From the IMG/VR virus record IMGVR_UViG_3300024259_000016, positions 50,060 to 114,059 of that record: a stretch of DNA of 64,000 nt; one strand, given 5' to 3'. Below are positions 17,760 to 27,267 of this stretch, piece by piece; positions within the stretch are counted from its first letter, which is position 1, and each line of letters begins with the position of its first letter. This DNA is from a virus. The notes beneath the pieces are model-generated. The model saw only the letters and a program-made list of their open reading frames with translations, made no database searches and was not told the origin of the DNA. A program made the translations under genes and the position numbers.

Positions 17760-18335
17760 TCAGGCAGCAGGTTTGTGGGCCATCAGGTTCAAGGAGATGT
17801 TTTCCTGGCAGGCATAATCTTGACCCTGCCAGATCGCAGGAATGGATACTGCGTCCCAGGTTTGTATGTCGATGAAGTCTGCTTGGAGGAGGACCTTGGC
17901 TAGTTTCTCCCTTGTGAAGCACCACTTGTGACGGTCCCAGTCAGGGGTTGTGGATAGGCAAGGCCCAAACAAGGGATAGTCAGGCTCCGGGCCAAAGTAT
18001 TCCGGGTCTTCAGGGGAGGTGAGAACACAGCCCAGGAGGACCTTCCTGAGATCAGGGACAGCAAGCCTGAGGATCCCCCCGGGGATCAAGGCCTGTCGTA
18101 GTTTGACCAGCAGAGCCGGAGCCAGATCCGGATATACATGCTCGAGGACATGACTCATGTAGATCTCAGAGAAGTGCCCGAGGGGTAGGTCATCAGCCAT
18201 GATGTCCACTGCGAATCCTGCAGGGGACTGGCTGAGTCGTCCATCCGTATTGGTATATCCGACCAGGTCTTTACCCCCGCACCCGAGCTGGAGCTTGCTG
18301 CCCCGGAGAACCTGATTGAGTCTCGACGGAGGCAT
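17760..18335 (-). CDS. Class I SAM-dependent methyltransferase (Methyltransf_11-like)
   Basis: LQLGCG, SHVLEH, LIPGGILRLAVPD. Confidence 0.9.
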   Translation of the reverse strand: MPPSRLNQVLRGSKLQLGCGGKDLVGYTNTDGRLSQSPAGFAVDIMADDLPLGHFSEIYMSHVLEHVYPDLAPALLVKLRQALIPGGILRLAVPDLRKVLLGCVLTSPEDPEYFGPEPDYPLFGPCLSTTPDWDRHKWCFTREKLAKVLLQADFIDIQTWDAVSIPAIWQGQDYACQENISLNLMAHKPAA

Positions 18336-19291
18336 TACCGTTGGGGGATGCGCTGGTGCATGACGTCGAGAATGTCTGTTCGGGCGAAGCCGGCAGCTCC
18401 TGATGCGACGAGGGAGGGGACTTTGTCCTCAGCGGAACCGATGAACCAGCCGCGGCCGTCAAGTAGGTCCATCTGCTGGCAGTTTTTGAATCCGACCTCC
18501 TGCATGATCTGAAGCCAGGTGTTGCCGGTCGGGATCCACCAGTTCCAACCTACCTGGGAGGGCCCCCGGTACTGAGCGTGGGGGTAGAACTTGTCAGGCA
18601 GGGTCATCGTCTCGAACAACAGCACCCCGCCTGGGCGGAGCATGAGACGGAGGATGGCCAGGGCGCACGCTGGGTCTGAGCAGTGGTAAAGCACTCCCGG
18701 ACAGTAGATGACGTCGTAGGTGGCCGACGGGTCCAGCAGGGATGCCTTGGGCATGTCGTACAGGCTGCAGCCGTAGACATTGTCACCCCGGATAGAAAAG
18801 ACCTCCTTGTGGCGTTTGGACCAGCTTGCAAAAACCGGGACCTCTTCGACCACATCGACTTCAGCCGCCCCGAAGCCATCGAGGAGCATGACCTCGTAGC
18901 CGCACCAGGCCCCCACTACGCAGCATCTATGGCCCTGGGACAGGGCACGTAGGTCAATCCCGGTCTCTCTGAGCCTGGCCGCATTCAAGAGTCCCCGGGT
19001 GTGACGGGCACCGGCCGCACCTTGGGGGCCCATGGCGCCGATTACCTGAAGGCCTTCTCCGTAGTCATGGTCCTGGTCCCAGGCGTAGCAGTCCAGGGCC
19101 GTTCCCTGGTTAGCCGCCCAGGTCTTGACCCATACATCGGTTGGGTTCTGGTCCACGAAGTCAGAGACTTCCTGTTTGAAAGCTTGGGCTTGTGCATCAC
19201 CGTGTAAGTCCCGGATCCGCTGCAGGGAATACCCCCCCATGATCTCCTGCTCGATGGCCACTCCTACTTCGTTCAGACTTCCTTGTCTCAT
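18335..19291 (-). CDS. Class I SAM-dependent methyltransferase (DUF1698/CmoB-like motifs)
   Basis: VVGAWCGY, YDVIYCPGVLYH, LRPGGVLLFET, NWWIPT. Confidence 0.85.
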   Translation of the reverse strand: MRQGSLNEVGVAIEQEIMGGYSLQRIRDLHGDAQAQAFKQEVSDFVDQNPTDVWVKTWAANQGTALDCYAWDQDHDYGEGLQVIGAMGPQGAAGARHTRGLLNAARLRETGIDLRALSQGHRCCVVGAWCGYEVMLLDGFGAAEVDVVEEVPVFASWSKRHKEVFSIRGDNVYGCSLYDMPKASLLDPSATYDVIYCPGVLYHCSDPACALAILRLMLRPGGVLLFETMTLPDKFYPHAQYRGPSQVGWNWWIPTGNTWLQIMQEVGFKNCQQMDLLDGRGWFIGSAEDKVPSLVASGAAGFARTDILDVMHQRIPQR

Positions 19292-19317
19292 TGCCTTGCT
19301 CCTCGATTATGGAGTTG

Positions 19318-20061
19318 TCAGTTCTTGATCCAAAAAACAGGTCCCCCACCTTCGGGGATCGGGATGATCTCTGGGTCCTCTTGCCGTATCTCGAGGTATT
19401 CCTCGATGGCCTTACGACAGCCCCGCAATGCGTAGTCGTCGATGATGACAATCCCACCAGACTGGACCAAGTCGATGAGGGGCCAACACGCCTTGGTTGA
19501 CTCATACAGATCTCCATCAAGCCTGAGCAGGGCGATCTGACGAATTGGGGGGTGGCCGATTTTATCCCCCGAGTGGATGGCCTCACGTATGGTTTGCTGA
19601 AACCACCCCTCGTACAGTGTGAATATCTGGGCAGGCATCCCCCTGGCCTCGAGGTTTTGATGCACCGCCGCCGCAGAGCATGCGCTGATACCAGAAGTCA
19701 CAAGGGCGCCATCCTTGCCATGGGAGAACAAGGTGTTGTCAATGTTGTCTGTGTCTTCCGGTCCCGCATGAGGGATCCCTTCGAAGCTGTCAAGCAGGTG
19801 AAAGTGGTGCTGAGGACTCGGTCCGGCTCCGGCGCCGCGCCACATGGCGATGACCTGTCCACCTGCGAACACACCGCACTCCACGATGTCACCAGCAATA
19901 CGGTGAGCAGCAACATGCCGGGCCAGTGCCCAGGAGGATAAGAGGGTGGGTCTGGTAGACAGACACAGGGGGCCGACGTTGGAGATGAGCCAGTTCTGTT
20001 CCTCCTCAGGAGGCCAGTTGTCAGAGAGGATCGAGGGCAGCTCTTTTGAATTAGAATTCAT
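19318..20061 (-). CDS. TylF/MycF/NovP-family sugar O-methyltransferase
   Basis: GDIVECGVFAGG, DSFEG, GWFQQT, LRLDGDLYEST, GGIVIIDDY. Confidence 0.92.
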   Translation of the reverse strand: MNSNSKELPSILSDNWPPEEEQNWLISNVGPLCLSTRPTLLSSWALARHVAAHRIAGDIVECGVFAGGQVIAMWRGAGAGPSPQHHFHLLDSFEGIPHAGPEDTDNIDNTLFSHGKDGALVTSGISACSAAAVHQNLEARGMPAQIFTLYEGWFQQTIREAIHSGDKIGHPPIRQIALLRLDGDLYESTKACWPLIDLVQSGGIVIIDDYALRGCRKAIEEYLEIRQEDPEIIPIPEGGGPVFWIKN

Positions 20062-20638
20062 AGTTTGCCTTGAGAAGTTCATCCCCAAAGAGTTCCTCCA
20101 CACGAAGGATCATCTTCGGTTCAGTGTAATAAGACCGATACCCTGGTCGACGGGTGGACCTATTAATATGGGGGAGGGCAGGCATGTCGGTACCAGCCAG
20201 CTCACAAAATGCCTTCAGGTCATTGGCGAGGATTTCAAATCGGAGAATTTTGTCAACGATGCAGGTCCCTTGCACATCCATGAGGAATTCGTGCATGTGC
20301 AATGGGCGACTGGTTGTACTCCCTGTTGATTCTGGTTCAGACAGCCAATGGGTTGGGCATCCATGGGTGACCCAGGCTTCAAAAGAGAGATGCTGATAGA
20401 TGTGGGGCGCAATGTTGGCACCCCGGCAAAAGTGGTAGAAAGAGACCAGTCGGTCGAAGGGGTTACGGATGATCGAGAAGGACAAGCCTTCTCTCCAGGT
20501 TTTCTCCCCAACCCTGTCGCGTATGGTCCGTGCTGGGAGATGATTGTGAGTTTCATCTACCAGACCTTGAAATGCTTGATAGATGCTTCGTGTCCCGGTC
20601 CTGGGGATGGAGACGAAGAACAGTTTTGGAGGACTCAT
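20051..20638 (-). CDS. Sulfotransferase (Sulfotransfer_2, carbohydrate sulfotransferase-like)
   Basis: 5'-PSB loop FVSIPRTGTRS, 3'-PB motif IRNPFDRLVSFY, RFE and HINRS. Confidence 0.88.
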   Translation of the reverse strand: MSPPKLFFVSIPRTGTRSIYQAFQGLVDETHNHLPARTIRDRVGEKTWREGLSFSIIRNPFDRLVSFYHFCRGANIAPHIYQHLSFEAWVTHGCPTHWLSEPESTGSTTSRPLHMHEFLMDVQGTCIVDKILRFEILANDLKAFCELAGTDMPALPHINRSTRRPGYRSYYTEPKMILRVEELFGDELLKANYEF

Positions 20639-20642
20639 ATTA

Positions 20643-21356
20643 TCAGATTCCTCTGATGTGCCACTGTCGAATGTCGTCCTGTGGGGTCGGGTAGGTTGAG
20701 CCATAGAGGAACGTGTTGGGAGGCAGGGGTTTGAGGCCCAGACGCTTGGCGAGTACTGTCATCGCAGGCATGTCATGGCGGTGACCTTGTACTCTCTCGT
20801 CGTCGCTGACAAAGCCCTGGGCCTTTCGCCAGGGCCCACACACTACTTCCGGATTCTGCATCATTTCACACATGCCCTTCAGGAAGGCATTCCCTGATGG
20901 ATGGCTGGGGTTAACCCCCCAGATTCCGCCAGCGACGATAGGCTCAGCCATAGCCTGTTCTCGAGTCCAACCAAAAACCTTGAGTGCCCGGTCACTCGTC
21001 CAGTGCCCCATACAGCCACTCTCCTGGACAAGATAGACTCCGGTGCGTTCCAGCTCCCTAAAGACGGGCTCCAACGACCTACCTGGCCAGACGGAGGAAT
21101 CCAGCCAGATGACCCCTGCTGGGGCCACATCTTTGTTTGCTTGGATAATGGTGGCAGCCTGATCTACGGCATAGGTTTTGAAGGCGTAAGGGAGTTGCTG
21201 GTGTGGGGGACAACCTGCGGGGAGAGTGTGTCTCCAGAGCATTTTCATGCCTCGGTAGTCCACACGGTCAAGTTCGAGACTCAACCGAGACACACCTGAA
21301 GCGTAGTTGCCGTTAACACCAATAGAGATGATGGCTCGATGACTGGGGGGAATCAT
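20643..21356 (-). CDS. Putative GT-A fold glycosyltransferase-like protein
   Basis: PYAFK, VIWLDSS (DxD-like), HRHD motifs; lies in the GT cluster. Confidence 0.6.
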   Translation of the reverse strand: MIPPSHRAIISIGVNGNYASGVSRLSLELDRVDYRGMKMLWRHTLPAGCPPHQQLPYAFKTYAVDQAATIIQANKDVAPAGVIWLDSSVWPGRSLEPVFRELERTGVYLVQESGCMGHWTSDRALKVFGWTREQAMAEPIVAGGIWGVNPSHPSGNAFLKGMCEMMQNPEVVCGPWRKAQGFVSDDERVQGHRHDMPAMTVLAKRLGLKPLPPNTFLYGSTYPTPQDDIRQWHIRGI

Positions 21357-21362
21357 TAGTGT

Positions 21363-24300
21363 CTACTCCCTACCAAGGATGGTAGTTCCACGGTGATGGC
21401 GAACGATGGCGAGGAACATCTCTACGACAGCCTCCCAGGACCACCAACGATAGGCCAGAGCTTTTACGTCTCTGCGCATCTGCTCCTTGAGTTTGTCCAT
21501 CTCTGGATCCTGTCCGGGGGGCTTGGCCCATGTTTTGGCCAGGGCCAGAAGTTCGGAAGGCGTCCCCCAACACAAGGCATGCTTTCCGTCGACAATTCCC
21601 CAATGCTCTTGTCCCTTGAACCGTTGCAAGGCGATGCATGCACTGGCCGCCCCAAGTCTATTGAGGCGGTCCGAACTGTAAGCCGTTAGGTCCGGGGTAA
21701 TCGAGGCGTTCACACTCAGGGCCGCAAGGTTGTAGACTGCGGGACAAGCTGCTCGGGGAATTGAGCCGAGTGTTTGGTCTGGTGTCCAACCGCTGCCGAA
21801 GATGAAGATGCCCTGCGGGTCGTGATTGAAAAGGGCTTCGATGCTGGACGTTCGAAGGTCGTAGTCGTAGGTTCTGGACCCGATGAAAACCGACGACCCT
21901 TGGAGTACTTCTTGGCTGACCTTCATCGGGATTCGATCTGGATCTGTCTGGTCATCGATCCCGATGTCGTAACCCACCTGGAGGTACCCGGGATGAGGGA
22001 CTTCGTGCTGGGCAAGCATACGGCAGTAATCGATGTTGCTCTGGAGGCATAGGTCTGCGGCGCGGCCCGTGTCCAACATCCAACGGGTTGGCCGGGGATA
22101 CCATTCCTGTCGAACATCCCCATTCCATGTTGCGATGACAGCTCCTGGGGCGCACAACTTTCTGAGCTGCTGGATGAACTCCGCTGTCCCCAGGAATCCT
22201 TCATCGTCCTGAATCTGGTACCAGACCAATGTAGGCCGCAGCTGTCGTGCAGCCTCGAAGATCGCCTGAGCCCGAACCTTTGGGCCAGCTGCTGCAAGGT
22301 CTCCACGAAGCCGAAGAACCTCTACTGTTTTGCCTATACGGCCGAAGGCCTCACGTAGGCCGATCTGGAGCTCAGCCTCGTGGGCCAGGGGTAGAAGTAG
22401 GAGTCGCTCTTCAGGCCCTGCCGGAATAGGAGAACGCCTGGGCATCTTCCCTGGCTCCGGGACGAGAAGTCGGGGCCACCAATCCCCCGGTGGGGTTGCG
22501 TCCAGGCGGGTAACCAGTCTGTCCAAAGAACCATCCCCATGTTTGGGGCCATACGCTCTGACGTTCTTTCGTCGGAGTCCGTCAGGAACCTGGTGGTCGA
22601 TAGCCCGGATCTCCCCGGGAAAGTATTGTGCCCGACGTCCAGCTTTGACCAGTGCAGCTCCCTGCAAGGTGTCACCGGCGTATGTCCTATCGATACGATA
22701 TTGACTGTCCCCCCAGAAACCTCCGATGAGCGTGGCCACATCCTCCAAGGCATTCCGTCTGGTCAAGGCGATATTGGGGTGGGCCGACTCGTTGAGGATC
22801 GACCTGAGTGCACCGGTGTGGTGGGGGGCAATCCAGTTGTCCCCCCCATCCGTTGAAAACTCGAAGCATACCTGGTCCAAACCTGGATCTTGGTCCAGAC
22901 GATCTACTGCCTTACGTAGGGACCCCGGGACCAACTCCACATCGTCATTGGCTTGGAATACGTACTGCCCACAGCTTGCCTCGTAGGCGAGATTGAAGGC
23001 ATCAATAGCCCCGGTCAATCCGCCGTGGACCACCCTGCAATCAGGTTGTTCTTTGAGCCATTCCAGAGTCCCATCTGTACTGCCTCCGTCACTCAGGATG
23101 AACTCAAATGGGCATGGGTCCATAACCTTGAAGTCTGCCCGGATGCTCCGTACCATACGCTTGAGGCTCTCCAGCCTGTTATATGTCCCGGAGATGACGG
23201 AGATCCGGACAGGTCCTGGCTGGGTCGGTCCTTTGAAGATGAAGGGGAGGTGGGCCTGAGGGACACGTCCATCACCATCGAGAAAACCTGTGTACTCTTG
23301 CCGTCTCCTGAGTTGATCACGCTCCGTCAGAAGCTTACGCATCAATTCTGAATCTTCTGGGCTGCGACTCGGAACCTGATTTACCACAACAGGGATAGTT
23401 GCAGATCCTTCGGGGGCCGAAGGGGGGGGAACATGGTGGTGCGCTGGGCTCCCCCGGTGGGCTGCTATTCGAAGCGCCTCACCAAGACACTCCCGCCAGT
23501 TCGACATGACATGGTGCCAGGTCCATTTATTACGGATGGCTGCCGCGGCCCGGTCCGCCATGTCCTGCAGCTCTTGACGCGGCCTGCGCCTGAGGTCCTC
23601 GATGACCGCACACAGATGGTCGACGGTCCGTTCAGGGAGCAAACGGCCGAAGTCCTCATTGATGGCCAGCTGGGCTGAGCCCACCTTGGTGGAGGTAGGG
23701 ATGCAACCGCAGGACATACCCTCGAAGATCGGGAAGGGGCCCCCTCCCTCTCCCTTGGACATACAGACGATGACCCCGATCTGGTTGTAGAACTCGGGCA
23801 TCTTGTAATGAGGCCAGGCTTGTTGTCCAGGCTGGGCGGTTGAGCTGTCGAGGATTGCGTGGGGGACCTTACAACGTTCGACTGCCTCCCGAAACATCCC
23901 TAGTCCCTTGTAGTCCTCCATGCCACCGACGGCTGGATTCATCCGTTGGCTGTTGCCCGTCCACCCGAAGACCAGGTCCCCTTTTGGTAGGGGGGTCTGG
24001 GCAAACAGGTCCGGATTGACACCGTTTGGAGTCACGATGATTGGGGGGAGGGCCTGCCCCTTGGCGAGCCTGACGATGTCATCCCGGACCATCTCGTTCC
24101 CGACTGCCAGGATGTCTGTGCAGCGCAACGTAGCCAAGAACTTGGGGCTGAGTCTCCCATTCGGGCCAAGGAAACTCATATGGTCGTCCACGCAAGACAC
24201 CACGGCACCGGGTCGCATAACCGATTTGAGCCTGGGGGTATCGAAGTGCCACAACGAGATCAGGACGCTGTCTGGTTCCACCCTCTTGTCCATGTCTCGG

Positions 24301-24410
24301 CCGAGACAGATGTTCACTCCATCCACCATGTCCTGAAAGCCCCTGCACATCTCCCGGGCCTTGGCATGGAATACAGAATCAGGCAGATCGATGGTGAGGT
24401 AGGCTTTCAT
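21363..24410 (-). CDS. Three-domain glycosyltransferase: GT4-like (GT-B) + GT2 (GT-A) + CgeB/Glyco_trans_1_2-like (GT-B)
   Basis: PNGVNPDLF, KGL, EGGGPFPIFE; ISVISGTYNR, DGGSTDGT, NDD; YNLAALSVN...YSSDRL. Confidence 0.9.
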   Translation of the reverse strand: MKAYLTIDLPDSVFHAKAREMCRGFQDMVDGVNICLGRDMDKRVEPDSVLISLWHFDTPRLKSVMRPGAVVSCVDDHMSFLGPNGRLSPKFLATLRCTDILAVGNEMVRDDIVRLAKGQALPPIIVTPNGVNPDLFAQTPLPKGDLVFGWTGNSQRMNPAVGGMEDYKGLGMFREAVERCKVPHAILDSSTAQPGQQAWPHYKMPEFYNQIGVIVCMSKGEGGGPFPIFEGMSCGCIPTSTKVGSAQLAINEDFGRLLPERTVDHLCAVIEDLRRRPRQELQDMADRAAAAIRNKWTWHHVMSNWRECLGEALRIAAHRGSPAHHHVPPPSAPEGSATIPVVVNQVPSRSPEDSELMRKLLTERDQLRRRQEYTGFLDGDGRVPQAHLPFIFKGPTQPGPVRISVISGTYNRLESLKRMVRSIRADFKVMDPCPFEFILSDGGSTDGTLEWLKEQPDCRVVHGGLTGAIDAFNLAYEASCGQYVFQANDDVELVPGSLRKAVDRLDQDPGLDQVCFEFSTDGGDNWIAPHHTGALRSILNESAHPNIALTRRNALEDVATLIGGFWGDSQYRIDRTYAGDTLQGAALVKAGRRAQYFPGEIRAIDHQVPDGLRRKNVRAYGPKHGDGSLDRLVTRLDATPPGDWWPRLLVPEPGKMPRRSPIPAGPEERLLLLPLAHEAELQIGLREAFGRIGKTVEVLRLRGDLAAAGPKVRAQAIFEAARQLRPTLVWYQIQDDEGFLGTAEFIQQLRKLCAPGAVIATWNGDVRQEWYPRPTRWMLDTGRAADLCLQSNIDYCRMLAQHEVPHPGYLQVGYDIGIDDQTDPDRIPMKVSQEVLQGSSVFIGSRTYDYDLRTSSIEALFNHDPQGIFIFGSGWTPDQTLGSIPRAACPAVYNLAALSVNASITPDLTAYSSDRLNRLGAASACIALQRFKGQEHWGIVDGKHALCWGTPSELLALAKTWAKPPGQDPEMDKLKEQMRRDVKALAYRWWSWEAVVEMFLAIVRHHRGTTILGRE

Positions 24411-24471
24411 TATAGGATGCTCCGGAACTCTGAGGGGGGATTAAACTGAGGGAGTGTTCGGGTGCTGAAGT

Positions 24472-24834
24472 TTACGGAGCGGGAGTGGCTGTGAAGTTGG
24501 CCACACCGTGTGCACCACCGGCCGAGTCGTACTGGATGAGGATCATGTCGCCGTTGTGCTGATCCTGGATCTGGAACTCGTCGACCTGCAGGCCCTCGGT
24601 GGCGGAAAACTTCATGTAGGGACCCTCGCCGTAGTACTCGCCCGGCCCGGCAACCGCGGCGTGAGAGCCGAGGTTCAGGGTGTCGGTGTCGATGATCGCC
24701 AGGATCGCATTGACCGCGGTGCGGATGGTGTTGAAGCGACTGACCAACGAACCAGGGTAACGGCCGGTGAAGATCAGCGCCCCCTTGTTGAAGGCGTTGT
24801 TTGCAAGCAGGGGAAGCGGGGTAATGGCGCCCAT
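24472..24834 (-). CDS. Hypothetical protein, candidate abundant virion protein
   Basis: AAGGAG SD; strongly GC3-biased codons like the capsid gene. Confidence 0.7.
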   Translation of the reverse strand: MGAITPLPLLANNAFNKGALIFTGRYPGSLVSRFNTIRTAVNAILAIIDTDTLNLGSHAAVAGPGEYYGEGPYMKFSATEGLQVDEFQIQDQHNGDMILIQYDSAGGAHGVANFTATPAP

Positions 24835-24954
24835 GATGTAGGTTCTCCTTTATCAGGACAGTCGGCCGGAGCCGGTCCTGACTCGATGACCGTCCTACCC
24901 TAAGCCGGAGCCGGGCAGGTACGGCGAGATGGGGTTTGACTTCTCGCATTGAGC

Positions 24955-25239
24955 CTACTTCACCCGGACATCGATGGTCAATAAGGACGGCAGACTTTTG
25001 AGTTCATCGGGGATGGTTGTACCCCCCAATATGAGCAGGCCCGGACTCGAGGCCTCCTGGGTTTGGTAACGGGCCTGGAGGGTACAGAGCCTCTTGTGCT
25101 CAGTGACAACCTGAGTAAAGGCGCGCTTCATACTCATGCCCGTTCTGGAGCCGGTGGACATCTCGATGATCTCGAGGAGTATCTCACGAGCGCCTGGCTC
25201 AACCTCGATGGTACAACCTCGTTTACGCTTGTGTGCCAT
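24955..25239 (-). CDS. Putative ribbon-helix-helix regulator
   Basis: Basic N-terminus, strand CTIEV, helix PGAREILLEII, helix SMKRAFTQVV; first gene after the promoter. Confidence 0.5.
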   Translation of the reverse strand: MAHKRKRGCTIEVEPGAREILLEIIEMSTGSRTGMSMKRAFTQVVTEHKRLCTLQARYQTQEASSPGLLILGGTTIPDELKSLPSLLTIDVRVK

Positions 25240-25251
25240 AACTGGGCTTGA

Positions 25252-25348
25252 ACGGTAGCAAGCAAGTCGGTGAGAGTCAACAGAGTTTGCGGGGGTACTG
25301 ACGATTCTGTGACACGGGGTTGCCGGGGGGGATTTGTGGTGGTAACGT
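25252..25348. promoter_or_regulatory. Divergent sigma70-like promoters (glycan operon leftwards, portal operon rightwards)
   Basis: Minus strand TTGACT-17-TACCGT; plus strand TTGCCG-17-TAACGT ending just before portal ATG 25357. Confidence 0.55.
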
Positions 25349-25356
25349 GGCTGGTC

Positions 25357-27267
25357 ATGAGGGATCTCAAAGACCGAATCAGTACGGCACGTGGGGGCAA
25401 GCAGGCGGTGTCCCCAGATGGTGCAACAGGGATGCCCAGCGGGACCCGAGAGGTTAGTGCCGGGGATATGGATGCCGGGGTCGCGGAGGAGTCTGGGCCC
25501 CCCGTCAACATCCAGCGGGTAGGAATGCAGACTTCAGCAATGGAACCTGCTGAGACTGCAGAGCCGGCGGAATGGTATGGCTCCTACGCTGACGGACGCC
25601 GCTACATCTCCCCCATCCAGTCCGACACTGATGCCGATCTGCTCATCCGGAACTCCTGGGTAATTTCCGGTGTGATCTCGGCCTACCTGGACAATGTGTA
25701 TGGGCGGCGCCCCTATGCAGTGCCCAAGGCTGACCCGATGACCCCGGAGGGTAAGCAGACCATTCGGCAGTGGATGCGGATGCAACGAGTCAAGGCCGGG
25801 AGCACCGATAAGTCCTGGCTCGACATCAAGGATTCTGCCCTCGACAAGGTGTGTAGGCAGATCGATGCACGAGTAGAGCTGGAGTCTGCCCTGGTCGACG
25901 GGTTTTTTGCGACTTGTCAGGTGGACCTCCCATACGATCAGATGGCCTCCTTGGCCGGCTACGATCTCGAGGTGAGAGGGCGTACCTTCTTGGAAGTCCT
26001 GCGGGATGCTCCTGGTGGCAAGCCTGTTGGGATGGTGTGGTCCCCTGCCCGTTTCATCAGAGTTGAGCCCCCAAGCCCTGCGGTCGGGTTCTCTGATCTG
26101 ATGGTCCACAACCCATTGGTTTACGAGAAGAACTTCAGGTTTCGTAGGTTCGTAGGGTGCTTCCAGTCTGCAAGCGCCAATGCTGTGAGTCCGGTGGCCT
26201 TCTTTAAGGACTTTGGTGACCCGCGGGTGCGTAGTCGCAGTGATGGACGATACTACGAGACCATGGACCAGCTGCTTGCCCGAGAAATGGGGGAGGAAGT
26301 TGGGGGGTACGGGGGAAACAAGCAGCGCCGCTGGCCTGTCGGGACACCATCCACTGAGATCGTCCGGATGGTGCATACGGCGCCCTGGGCTGCCCTGACG
26401 GGGATGGCCCCTTGGTACTCCACCAAGACAGAGCTCCTCGGGATCCGAGAGTGCGCCCAGGAGAATCGGGGCTTGCTGTCGGGCCAGTTGGTCCCTCTGC
26501 TCCTCTGGATGATCCACGGGGGGCAGCGCATCACCCCGGACCAGACAGAGCTGTGGCAAAAGGATTTGCAGGCTGCTGTCAAGCCTGGCGAACGTTCGGT
26601 CGTCATCATGCAGGTCATGTCCGACGCAATGGCTCGAGCAGGCAGTCGGGGGGCTGGGGAGCCCAAATCATCCATTGTCAACACCCGGCCGGCTCAGCAG
26701 GAAGATGCCCTGGCCATGAAGTACACCGAGCAGAGCTACCGGACTGCTCTTCGGGCCTACCGGATGAACCGGGCAGCCCTCGGGGATTTCGAGGGGATGA
26801 CCCAGCAGGAAATCCAGGAGGCCCTTCGGTATACTGAAACGCAGGTCTATGGTCCTCGTGGTGAGTCCTGGTGTGCCGGATTGCAACCTATTGTGGATGA
26901 CCTGGGTTTGTTGGCTACTCGACTCGAGCGGCCAACCCGGGCTTCTCTGGCCTTGGGGGAGTTGTCTGAGATCCTCGAGCGGTTGGGGAAAGAGAACTTT
27001 ATTACCCCTGAACAGGCCTGGCCTACGGTACGCCGAGCCATGAAGGATCTGGGGAGGATTGTCCAGGACAAGGGGCAGTGGAGTAAGTATCCCCGGCGGG
27101 TTGTTGACGGATTCATGATGGCTCGTGTCCCGCAGGCCGCGGGTAAGTTCATGGGTTTGGATGCCAAGTACATGCCTCCTATTGAGGCCACCGACAAGAT
27201 GGACGGGAACAATAAGGGTCCGGTTGTACCGGCTCCGGCACCTGTGGAGGACCCCGAAGATGAGTAA
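25357..27267 (+). CDS. Portal protein (PBSX-like)
   Basis: DLEVRGRTFLEVLRD, FFKDFGDPR, EIV...G.APW motifs; first gene of the head module. Confidence 0.85.
   Translation: MRDLKDRISTARGGKQAVSPDGATGMPSGTREVSAGDMDAGVAEESGPPVNIQRVGMQTSAMEPAETAEPAEWYGSYADGRRYISPIQSDTDADLLIRNSWVISGVISAYLDNVYGRRPYAVPKADPMTPEGKQTIRQWMRMQRVKAGSTDKSWLDIKDSALDKVCRQIDARVELESALVDGFFATCQVDLPYDQMASLAGYDLEVRGRTFLEVLRDAPGGKPVGMVWSPARFIRVEPPSPAVGFSDLMVHNPLVYEKNFRFRRFVGCFQSASANAVSPVAFFKDFGDPRVRSRSDGRYYETMDQLLAREMGEEVGGYGGNKQRRWPVGTPSTEIVRMVHTAPWAALTGMAPWYSTKTELLGIRECAQENRGLLSGQLVPLLLWMIHGGQRITPDQTELWQKDLQAAVKPGERSVVIMQVMSDAMARAGSRGAGEPKSSIVNTRPAQQEDALAMKYTEQSYRTALRAYRMNRAALGDFEGMTQQEIQEALRYTETQVYGPRGESWCAGLQPIVDDLGLLATRLERPTRASLALGELSEILERLGKENFITPEQAWPTVRRAMKDLGRIVQDKGQWSKYPRRVVDGFMMARVPQAAGKFMGLDAKYMPPIEATDKMDGNNKGPVVPAPAPVEDPEDE

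Noticed and set aside
17760-24410. Host LPS/capsule locus marking a prophage boundary
   Set aside because: Flanked on both sides by phage genes, coupled to them, and lacks transport, polymerase and nucleotide-sugar genes
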